Source of the DNA: Eledone cirrhosa
Lineage: Eukaryota
Assembly: GCA_964016885.1 (NCBI GenBank)
Contig: OZ024742.1
Span: 301,568,001 to 301,632,000 of the forward strand
DNA length: 64,000 bases
Direction: 5' to 3'
Below are positions 51,357 to 64,000 of the stretch, in pieces (position 1 is the first letter of the stretch; every line of letters begins with the position of its first letter). Under the pieces are notes generated by a model. That model saw only the letters and a list, made by a program, of their open reading frames with translations, did not search any database and was not told the DNA's origin. The position numbers were made by a program, and so were the translations under genes.

Positions 51357-53429
51357 AGGGAAATAAGTTGATTGGAAGCATCTAGGTCAGATTAATTAAT
51401 AGCACAGGAAATAGCACAGGAAATAGCATAGGAAATAGCATAGGAAATTAATAGCACAGGAAATATACCGAAAATGATTAAGTCCCACAACATGTGAGTG
51501 GGGTGTAGATCTGCAAAACTCTTTCCCTCTCTTTCTCCAAAGCTAGTTGTTTTTGACTGGTTTGGAAGTCATATTCACTGATAACGCATGAAAATAGAAT
51601 CAAAGAGAAAATTCCGAGTAAGCAGGGGTTATCCGGGTGAAGGGGGAACCACCTCACCCCGCCGTTTTCCTGGAGGGGAAAAGTCAGTTTCAAGCATCTT
51701 GGAGATTGGATTAGTTGATAGCACATGAAAAATAGGATGAAAACATTTCACATCACATCACACCACACCACATCACATCACATCAGACCACACCACATCT
51801 CACCATATCACATCACATCACTCATCTCGTCTCAACTCGCCTCATTTCACCACACCACGCCACATTTCATCACATCACATCACATATCACCACGCCATGC
51901 CACATTTCATCACATCACATCCCATTTCACCACGCCTCGCCACATCACATCATATCACATGCCATCACATCACATGCTACCACACTACATCCCACAACAC
52001 TCCACTACACCATATCCCCCACCCTACATTGAACCACACCACACTCCACTACACCACACCACTGTCCACTACACTAAACCACACTCCACTACACTACACC
52101 ACACCACCGTCCACTACACTAAACCACACTCCACTACACTACACTAAACCACACTACACCACACCACACCACTGTCTATTCGACTGTTTTCTATTTCGTA
52201 GGTATGTCCAGTTACAGTAAGAGAAAGAAAGTTATTTCAAAGGATCTGAGTAAGTAAACACTGCATTGACCATCATTTTAAGCAGAATCTGTGTAGTTTT
52301 AAATTGACCTTTTCATATGATTACACCTCAGTCTTAACTTAACCACCTGTAGATGGATGCTACATGTAATGTTAAAATTAGTAAACACTGTTTCCCCCTT
52401 CTCATCACATGTGGATGCTACATGTGTATTGTTAACATTAATCTAACGTTGTGTGTGTCCCCCCCCCGCCTCACCATATCATACCACACCACATCACACC
52501 ATGTACTACACCAGACCACATAACACCATGCTATACCATATATATATATGAGCTCCCCACTCGTTATATTAACTGTATCTCCTCGGTGTTTCGTGAAAGT
52601 CTGAGAGATCAGCTATATATTTGTTTACAATTTTTTTTTATATTTAGATGGAAAAGAAGAAAAAGACGACGAAGCAGACGACTAAAATGAAAATGACAAC
52701 AAAGACAAAGAAGACACGGGGAAACGAAGATGACGAAAAGAAGAAGACGAAAAGAAGAAAGTATGATCTCAGTTCAGTCTAAACTTAATGATTTATAGAT
52801 ATTTAGGTTTAACTTAAACATTCAAAGATATTTGTATATACTTTTGTTGATGTTTGACATTGTTTTTTAGTTATGTAATAGCTTATAAGCTACATTATAG
52901 GATCACAGTGCATGAGTACACTGCTCTTTAAATTAACTTTATCTCCTCAGCACTTTGTAAAGTCTGAGAGATAGGCAACATATATGTTTTACATTCTTTG
53001 TTTTTGGTATTTAGATGGCAGAGGAGAAGTCAAAGGCACAGAAGAAGTCAAAGGCACAGAAGAAGTCAAAGGCACAGAAGCAGTCAAAAGCACAGAAGAA
53101 GACAAAGAAAATGAACAAGAACAATTATTATTACTATTACTATTATTATTGTTATTATTATTTGTATTATTATAATCAAACTAAGCCACACTACATCAAC
53201 CTATACCATACCACACCACACTGACAAACATTATACCATACCACATTATCCAACACCACACTACGAAACACTGTACGACCTCATATCAGACCATGCTGTG
53301 AAACAATATACCATACTACACTATACAACAATAGACAACACCACACAAGACTATGAAACACTATATTTTACCACACTATATCACACCACTCCAGTTAGAG
53401 GGGATCAACTTTTTTCCTGGAAAGTAGAA

Positions 53430-56400
53430 AACCTAACTTTAAGCTAAAACCGAACTTTAAAAATAACACTTACCCTAACACTTGCACTCACACATGCTCT
53501 AACAGTGAACTTAGCGCTAACATGAAAACTAACACAAACACAAAATCTGAAAACTAACATTAAATAGAAAACTAACCTGAACACTAACACTAAAACTGAC
53601 ACTAACACTAACCTGAACACCAGCAGTAAAACTAACACTACCGTAAACACTAATACAAACACTAACGCTGACCTGAGCACTAACACTAAAAGTAACACTA
53701 ACACAAACACTAATCTGAAAACTGATACTAACCAGAAAACTAAGCTAACATTAACTTCAACACTAAAACAAACACTAATGCGAACAGAGATACTAACACA
53801 AATATTAACACAAAAACAAACACTAACACAATCTCTAACTCTAACCTGAAAACTAAGCTAACATTAACCTGAACACTAACAGAAATACTAATGCTAACAT
53901 TAACGCTAACCTGAAAACAAAAACAAAGACTAACGCTAACACAATCACTAACACTAATGGAAACATCAAACACTAATGCTAACAGAGATACTAACACAAA
54001 TATTAACACAAAAACAAATACTAACACTAACACAATCTCTAACATTAACCTTAACACTAAAACTAACACTAACATTAACTTGAACACTAACACTAACCTG
54101 AACACTTACACTAAAACTAACACTAACAGAGATACTAACACAAAAACAAACACTAACACTAAAACTAACATTAACTTGAACACTAACACTAACCTGAAAA
54201 CTAAGCTAACATTAACCTGAACACTAACACAAACACTCATGCTCACAGTAACAGAAATACTTATGCTAACATTAACACAAAAACAAAGACTAACGCTAAC
54301 ACAATCACTAACACTAATGGAAACATCAATCACTAATGCTAACAGAGATACTAACACAAATATTAACACAAAAACAAACACTAACCTCAACACTAACACT
54401 AAAACTAACATTAACTCTAACCTGAAAACTAAGCTAACATTAACCTGAACACTAACACTAACCTGAAAACTAAGCTAACATTAACCTGAACACTAACACA
54501 AACACTCATGCTAACAGTAACAGAAATACTAATGCTAACAATAACAAAAAAACAAAGACTAACGCTAACACAATCACTAACACTAATGGAAACATCAAAC
54601 ACTAATGCTAACAGAGATACTAACACAAAAACAAATACTAACACTAACACAATCTCTAACATTAACCTTAACACTAAAACTAACACTAACCTGAACACTT
54701 ACACTAAAACTAACACTAACAGAGATACTAACACAAAACAAACACTAACACAATCTCTAACACTAAAACTAACATTAACTTGAACACTAACACTAACCTG
54801 AAAACTAAGCTAACATTAACCTGAACACTAACACAAACACTCATGCTCACAGTAACAGAAATACTAATGCTAACATTAACACAAAAACAAAGACTAACAC
54901 TAACACAATCACTAACACTAATGGAAACATCAATCACTAATGCTAACAGAGATACTAACACAAATATTAACACAAAAACAAACACTAACCTCAATACTAA
55001 AACTAACATTAACTCTAACCTGAAAACTAAGCTAACATTAACCTGAACACTAACACTAACCTGAAAACTAAGCTAACATTAACCTGAACACTAACACAAA
55101 CACTCATGCTAACAGTAACAGAAATACTAATGCTAACAATAACAAAAAAACAAAGACTAACGCTAACACAATCACTAACACTAATGGAAACATCAAACAC
55201 TAATGCTAACAGAGATACTAACACAAATATTAACACAAAAACAAATACTAACACTAACACAATCTCTAACATTAACCTTAACACTAAAACTAACACTAAC
55301 CTGAACACTTACACTAAAACTAACGTTAACCTAAACACTAGCACTAAAACTAACACTACCATAAAAACTAACACTAAAAACAACACTAACTAACCTGAAC
55401 ACTAACACGAAAACTGATACTAACCAGAAAACTAAGCTAACATTAACCTCAACACTAAAACAAACACTAACATTAACAGAAAAACAAAGACTAGCACTAA
55501 CACTAATGGAAACACTAACACAAAAGAAAACACTAACACTAATGGAAAAAATAACACTAACACTAAAACTAACACTACCGTAAACACTAACACTAAAACT
55601 GACATTAACCTGAACACTAACACTACCATAAACCACTAACCTGTGCACTAACACTAAAAGTAACACGAGCCCTAACCTGAAAACTAACACTAACCAGAAA
55701 ACTAAGTCAACATTAACCTGAACACTAACACAAACACTAACACTAACAAAAATGCTAACACTAATACAAAATCAAACACTAACACGAACACTAATGGAAA
55801 CACTAACACCAACGCTGACGAAGATGGCTATGCTAGCACAAACGCTAGCGCAAATGTTGACACAATCGCTTACGCTGACACAAACACTAATGTGAATACT
55901 GATGCAGGTGCAAAGGCGAATGCTGACTTAAGACTCTGACGCACACGCTGATGTAAATGCTACACAGACTCTAACGCTGATGTGGACACTGACACAAATA
56001 CTCACGCTGATGCAAACACTAAAGCAAATGCAGACACTAATGCAAATGCAGATGTTAAAGCAAACGCAAATGCTGACGCAAACAATGACAGCGATGCTAA
56101 TGTGAACCTTAACGCAGACGTAAACATTGACATAGAAGCTAAAGGAAACACTGATGCAAACACTAATGAAAATGCTGACGCAGACGCTGACACACGTTAA
56201 CACAGATGCTAACGTAAACACTGACGCAGATGCTAATATAAACACTGACGCAGACGCTGACACAGATGCTAACACACGTTGACACAGACGCTAACGTAAA
56301 TGTAAATGCTGACCCTGATGTAGATGTAAATACAGACGCTGACACAGACGCTAACGTAGAAGCTAACACAAACACTGACACAGACACTAATGTAGATGCT

Positions 56401-57480
56401 GACGTAGAAGCTAACGTAAACGATGACGTAGATGTTAACGTAGACGCTGACGTAGAAGCTAACTTAGTTGCTGACGTAGAAGCTAACAAAACGCTGACGT
56501 AGTTGTTAACGTAGAAGCAGGCGTAGAAGTTAGCGTTTACCCTTACTGCCGAAGCTGATCTCCAAAACGCAATTACTGATGCGGATTGCTGAAGCCAAAG
56601 CCAAGCTAACGCTGAGGCAAAGGTTGAGGCAGTTTTGCCGGCGCTGACGTGTATGCTGACGCTAACGCAAATGCTGATGCGGACGCTAGGGCTAAGGCTA
56701 ACGCTAACGCTGACGCAAATGTTGAAGTTAACGCTTACATGGGATATGCAGACGCTGCAATGATGCGGACGCCACAGGAAAGGTTAATGGAAACGCTAAT
56801 GCTAACGGAAAACGCTGACGTAGACATTACGGAAACACTGACGTAGAAGCTAACGTAAACGCTGACGTTAACTGAAACGCTGACGCTGATGTAGATGTAA
56901 ATACTGAGGCTGACACAGACGCGGTCGGAAATGCTGACGTAGAAGCTAACGGAAAGACTGACATAGAAGCTAACGTACACGCTGACACAGACGCTAACGG
57001 AAACACTGACACAGACGATAAAGGAAACGCTGTCGCAAACGCTAATGCTAATGTGAATGCTGATGCTGACGCAAATGCTAACCCCTACACAAATGCAAAC
57101 ACTGATCAAACACTAATGCAAAGGCTGACGTGCACGCTGACACTGACACGGACGCTAATGATAATGCTGACGTAGAGGCAGGCACTGAAACAAACAATAA
57201 TGTTGACTCACACGCTAAGGGAAATGCTGACACAATCACTATCACCAATGCAGACGCTGACGCAAATGCTGACACTTACGCAAACACTAACGCAGATGCT
57301 AACACCAGTCTACTTAGACACTAACACAAAAGCTTACATAGACGCTTATGCAAATACTAACGCTGATGCAGACAGTAACGCAAACAGTAACTGTAAGAGT
57401 AACAGTGACAGTAACACAGTCACTAACAATAAACTTACCATTAACAGTAAAACTTACCCTAACATTAATCCAGAGAAAAA
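53430..57480. repeat. hexamer-based low-complexity satellite (ACTAAC grading to GCTGAC/GCTAAC)
   Basis: Seen directly, with internal ~300-bp block duplications at 53700-55300. Confidence 0.9.
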
Positions 57481-58710
57481 AGTCATTTGCAATCACATTT
57501 AAGGTCACTCTTTAAGATATAGAAGATAGGCATTACATTTTAATGATTTTAATCTAAAGAGAACCACGCTATACGATGCAACACAATAACACACCACAGC
57601 ACACTAACCTACACTATACCAAACCAGATTATATCATACCTTGGTAAATTTATGATAGGTTTCCATGTTATAACTACACCAAACTAAACCATACCAAACT
57701 ACACCAAACCAAACCACACCATAACAAACTACACCATACTACATCACACCATGCTATTAATCTCAGTGAGAACATTTTTCTTCCTGTTTTTTTTTTTCTG
57801 TGTGTGTGTGTGTGCTTACCACCCAATCTGATATCAAAGGTGCTCAAAAATGACTATTTTTTTACACATTATCAATGTATATAACATGGAAACCTATCAT
57901 TTGCAATAGGTTCCCATGTCATAATTACAACAATCCAAACCACACCATAACAAACTACACCATTCTACATCACACCATGCTTTTGATCTCAGTGTGAAAA
58001 ATTTTCTTCCTGTTTTTTTGTTTTTTTTTGTATGTTCTTACCACCCAGTCTGACATCAAAGGTGCTTCGCACATATTATCAATAATTATGACATGGAAAA
58101 CTGTCGAAAATGACTAGCTTTGTAGAAAAAAGAGGGAGGATGTGGGTGGAAATACCATTTACAAAGCTAGTCATTTTTTATTGCAGCGGAAGTCATATTT
58201 TTTGTTAATATGCTAAAAGCATAGTCCACTGCGAGCTTCTTGGAAGTTAACACATGCAAAAATGAAGGAAAAATTTTTTTTCTAACATAAATCAAAGTGG
58301 AAATTTAAATTCTCACTTATAACAAAGCACACCACAGCACATTAATCTACCTCAATCCACACCATATACTTCACCATAACCATACTTCCCTATATGGTAA
58401 ATTTATTACAGACACCTACTCCTACCATTTACATCACACGGACATTAATGTAACAAATTTGCTACCTGCTTTCTTTTTTTTTTTTTTGTGGTTACCACCT
58501 CAAATTAACATCAAAGGTGCTTGCAAATGACTATTTTCCCACACATTATCAATGGATATGACATGGGAATCTATCGTTTACAATTGGTTTCCATTTCATA
58601 ACTTCACCAAACCGAACCAAACCACACCATACCAAGTTACACCATACTACATCGCACCAAGCTATTGATCTTGGTGTGAAAAATTTTCTTCCCATTTCCT
58701 TTTTTTTTTT

Positions 58711-61700
58711 AATATAATCTTCTATACACAATCATACACACCCATGTGTATTTATTTATATATATATATGTATATATATATATATAGCTTTTAAGCTATT
58801 TTGTAGTATCTCTGTTCAGGAACACACCACTTATATTAAATTTATCTCCTTGGAACTTTGTAAAAGTCTGAGAGATTGGCTACATATAGGTTTTATATAT
58901 ATATATTTTTTTTTTAGATGGAAGACAAAACAAAGAAGATGAATAGAAAGATGAAGAACCTCACTGCACCGCACTGCACAATACCGCACTGCACAACACC
59001 GCACTGCACAACACCACATTACTCCACACCACATAACACCCAAAATTTTTTCCTCATCATTTTTTCATGTGTTAGGATTGGCAGTATCGGTAGAGGGTCA
59101 GACACCATGCTTTCCAGCATAGTTACGTCCCTTTACGATCTGAGTTCAAATCCCGCCGAGGTTGACTTTGCCTTTCATCCTTACGGGGTCGATAAAATAA
59201 AGTACCAGTAATGCACTGGGTAATTGCTGGCCTTGTGCCTAAAGTAGAAACAGTTATGAACTAATCCGAACTCAAAGATGTTTGTTATTGACTCTCTCTT
59301 CATGGAAAACTTAGGTGGATGCACTTCTCTCATTTAACCCCAGAGTTTTCTCTAAGAGATTTTATATGTTATCAACGAATATGACCTCCAAACCAGTTGG
59401 AAATGATTAGTTGTTCTAGGAAAAAGGAGGGGTAAAGCAGGTGGAAAAACCATTGTCGTTTTGTAGATATATACCCTAATGATTTTTCTTCGGTCTCCTT
59501 TTGAGTGCTATCAACTAATCTGACCTTTTAGTTGCTCTGAATCAATTTTTTTTTCTGGGATTTGGAAACTAAAACTAAATTAAACATAAAATTAAATCTA
59601 GCCCCAACTCTAAACTCTAAATCTAAACCAAACAAAGCTAAATCTAAATATAAACATTACCCCCAACCCTTAAACTAAACCCTAATCTATACCCCAACCA
59701 TAAAACTAAACCCTAAACATTACCCCAAACCTAAAACTAAACCCTAAACTTTACTCCAAACCTAAAACTAAACCCTAAACTTTACTCCAAACCTAAAACT
59801 AGACCCTAAACATTACCCCAACCCTAAACCTAACCCAGGCAAATAAGTTGATTGGAAGCATCTAGGTCAGATTAATTAATAGCATAGGAAATAGCATAGG
59901 AAATTAATAGCACAGGAAATATACCGAAAATGATTAAGTCCCACAACATGTGAGTGGGGTGTAGATCTGCAAAACTCTTTCCCTCTCTTTCTCCAAAGCT
60001 AGTTGTTTTTGACTGGTTTGGAAGTCATATTCACTGATAACGCATGAAAATAGAATCAAAGAGAAAATTCCGAGTAAGCAGGGGTTATCCGGGTGAAGGG
60101 GGAACCACCTCACCCCACCGTTTTCCTGGGGGGAAAAGTCAGTTTCAAGCATCTTGGAGATTGGATTAGTTGATAGCACATGAAAAATAGGATGAAAAAA
60201 TTTCACATCACATCGCACCACATCAAATCACTCCGCACGCCATCACATCACACCACACCACACCAGACCACACCACATCTCACCATATCACATCACATCT
60301 CACCATATCACATCACATCACTCATCTCGTCTCGCCTTGCCTCGGCTCATTTCACCACGCCATGCCTCATTTCATCACATTACATCACATTTCACCATGC
60401 CGCGCCACATTTCATCACATCACATCACATTTCACCACGCCTTGCCACATCACATCACATGCTACCACACTACATCCCACCACACTCCACTACACCATAT
60501 CCCCCACCCTACATTGAACCACACTCCACTCCACCACACCACTGTCCACTACACTAAACCACACTACACCACACCACACCACTGTCTATTCGACTGTTTT
60601 CTATTTCGTAGGTATGTCCAGTTACAGTAAGAGAAAGAAAGTTATTTCAAAGGATCTGAGTAAGTAAACACTTCATTGACCATCATTTTAAGCAGAATTT
60701 CAGTGTAGTTTTAAATTGACCTTTTCATATGATTACACCTCAGTCTTAACTTAATCACCTGTAGATGGATGCTACATGTAATGTTAAAATTAGTAAAACA
60801 CTGTTTCCCCCTTCTCATCACATGTGGATGCTACATGTGTATTGTTAACATTAATCTAACGTTGTGCCCCCCCCCCTCCCGCCTCACCATATCATACCAC
60901 ACCACATCACACCATGTACTACACCAGACCACATAACACCATGCTATACCATATATATATATGAGCTCCCCACTCGTTATATTAACTGTATCTCCTCGGT
61001 GTTTCATGAAAGTCTGAGAGATCAGCTATATATTTGTTTACAATTTTTTTTTATATTTAGATGGAAAAGAAGAAAAAGACGACGAAGCAGACGACAAAAA
61101 TGAAAATGACAACAAAGACAAAGAAGACACGGAGAAACGAAGATGACGAAAAGAAGAAGACGAAAAGAGGAAGAAAGTATGATCTCAGTTCAGTCTAAAC
61201 CTAATGATTTATAGATATTTAGGTTTAACTTAAACATTCAAAGATATTTGTATATACTTTTGTTGATGTTTGACATTGTTTTTTAGTTATGAAATAGCTT
61301 ATAAGCTACATTATAGGATCACAGTGCATGAGTACACTGCTCTTTAAATTAACTTTATCTCCTCAGCACTTTGTAAAGTCTGAGAGATAGGCAACATATA
61401 TGTTTTACATTCTTTGTTTTTGGTATTTAGATGGCAGAGGAGAAGTCAAAGGCACAGAAGAAGTCAAAGGCACAGAAGAAGTCAAAGGCACAGAAGAAGT
61501 CAAAGGCACAGAAGAAGTCAAAGGCACAGAAGAAGTCAAAGGCACAGAAGCAGTCAAAGGCACAGAAGCAGTCAAAAGCACAGAAGAAGACAAAGAAAAT
61601 GAACAAGAACAATTATTATTACTATTACTATTATTATTGTTATTATTATTTGTATTATTATAATCAAACTAAGCCACACTACATCAACCTATACCATACC

Positions 61701-64000
61701 ACACCACACTGACAAACATTATACCATACCACATTATCCAACACCACACTACGAAACACTGTACGACCTCACATCAGACCATGCTATGAAACAATATACC
61801 ATACTACACTATACAACAATAGACAACACCACACAAGACTATGAAACACTATACGTTGCCACACTATATCACACCACTCAAGTTAGAGGGGGATCAACTT
61901 TTTTCCTGGAAAGTAGAAAACCTAACTTTAAGCTAAAACCGAACTTTAAAAATAACACTTACCCTAACACTTGCACTCACACATGCTCTAACACTTGCAC
62001 TCACACATGCTCTAACAGTGAACTTAGCGCTAACATGAAAACTAACACAAACACAAAATCTGAAAACTAACATTAAATAGAAAACTAACCTGAACACTAA
62101 CACTAAAACTAACACTAACCTGAACACCAGCAGTAAAACTAACACTACCGTAAACACTAATACAAACACTAACACTGACCTGAGCACTAACACTAAAAGT
62201 AACACTAACACTAACCTGAAAACTTACACTAAAACTAACATTAGCCTGAACACTAGCACTAAAACTAACACTACCATAAACAGTAACACAAACACTAACA
62301 CTGATCTGAGCACTAACACTAAAAGTAACACAAACACTAATCTGAAAACTGATACTAACCAGAAAACTAAGCTAACATTAACTTCAACACTAAAACAAAC
62401 ACTAACGTTAACAGAGATACTAACACAAATATTAACACAAAAACAAACACTAACACAATCTCTAACACTAACCTCAACAGTAACACTAAAACTAACATTA
62501 ACTTGAACACTAACTCTAACCTGAAAACTAAGCTAACATTAACCTGAACACTAACATAAACACTAATGCTAACATTAACAGAAATACTAATGCTAACGTT
62601 TACGCTAACCTTAACACAAAAACAAGGACTAACGCTAACACAATCACTAACACTAATGCTAACAGAGATATTAACACAAAAACAAATACTAACACTAACA
62701 CAATCTCTAACATTAACCTTAACACTAAAACGAACACTAACATTAACTTGAACACTAACACTAACCTGAACACTTACACTAAAACTAACACTAACAGAGA
62801 TACTAACACAAATATTAACACAAAAACAAACACTAACACAATCTCTAACACTAAAACTAACATTAACACTAACATAACTTGAACACTAACACTAACCTGA
62901 ACACTTACACTAAAACTAACATTAACCTAAACACTAGCACTAAAACTAACACTACCATAAAAACTAACACTAAAAACAACACTAACACTAACTAACCTGA
63001 ACACTAACACGAAAACTGATACTAACCAGAAAACTAAGCTAACATTAACCTCAACACTAAAACAAACACTAACATTAACAGAAAAACAAAGACTAGCACT
63101 AACACTAATGGAAACACTAACACAAACATTAACACACAATAAAACACTAACACTAACCTGAACACTAACACTAAAACTGACATTAACACGAACATTAACC
63201 TGAACACTAACACAAACACTAACACTAACAAAAATGCTAACACTAATACAAAATCAAACACTAACACGAACACTAATGGAAATACTAACACCAACGCTGA
63301 CGAAGATGGCTATGCTGGCACAAACGCTAGCGCAAATGTTGACACAATCGCTTACGCTGACATAAACACTAGCGTGAATACTGATGCAGGTGCAAAGACT
63401 GACGCATACGCTGATGTAAATGCTACACAGACTCTAACGTTGACGTGGACACTGACACAAATGCTCACGCTGATGCAAACACTAAAGCAAATGCAGACAC
63501 TAATGCAAATACAGACGCAAATGTTGATGCAGATGTTAAAGCAAACGCAAATGCTGACGCAAACGATGACAGCAATGCTAATGTGAACCTTAACGCAGAC
63601 CTAAACATTGACGTAGAAGCTAAAGGAAACACTGATGCAAACACTAATGAAAATGCTGACGCAGACGCTAACACACGTTAACACAGATGCTAACGTAAAG
63701 ACTGACGCAGATGCTAATATAAACACTGACGCAGACGCTAACATAAATGCTGACACAGATGCTAACACACATTGACACAGACGCTAACGTAAACGATGAC
63801 ATAGAAGCTAACGTAAACGCTGACACAGACGCAAATGTAAACGCTGACGCTGATGTAGATGTAAATACAGACGCTGACACAGACGCTGACGTAGAAGCTA
63901 ACACAAACGCTGACACAGACACTAATGTAGATGCTGACGTAGAAGCTAACGTAGATGCTGACGTAGAAGCTAATGTAAACACTGACGTCGAAGCTAACAA
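58711..64000. repeat. ~8.4-kb tandem duplication, copy 2 (runs off the window)
   Basis: High identity to 50330-56400, differing in repeat copy numbers and one SINE insertion. Confidence 0.92.
59075..59252 (+). mobile_element. Nin/Deu-like SINE inserted only in duplication copy 2
   Basis: The empty site ATGTGTTATGAAC is at ~50718. Here the SINE is flanked by GTTA on both sides. Confidence 0.85.

Larger units (their letters stand above)
50330..58710. repeat. ~8.4-kb tandem duplication, copy 1
   Basis: AATATAATCTTCTATAC... starts at both 50330 and 58711, and all modules are colinear thereafter. Confidence 0.92.

Overview
AT-rich, microsatellite-dense eukaryotic DNA, most likely cephalopod (octopus-like). 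That assignment is inferred from the CORE- and Nin/Deu-type SINEs, RTE LINEs with (CAT)n tails and long (TA)n runs. One well-supported host gene lies on the minus strand: a CABIT-domain (GAREM/THEMIS-like) protein of about 407 aa with 3 coding exons (26708-26396, 22064-21800, 20919-20274). Its start codon is the last copy of a ~76 x 30-bp array whose units carry ATG-ATA-stop mini-uORFs. The rest is mostly transposon debris (RTE, CR1-group, R4-like, Penelope, Helitron, Tc1/mariner). A four-level nest sits at 40.4-49.9 kb: RTE 3'UTR < hAT (8-bp TSD) < 5-kb composite Merlin (8-bp TSD, ~1.2-1.3 kb inverted arms) < LTR+tRNA-Trp PBS. Both Merlin arms carry a captured RMND5-like first exon with its splice donor. 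The last 14 kb is a ~8.4-kb tandem duplication built of low-complexity modules. All calls were made by eye and coordinates of degenerate elements are approximate.
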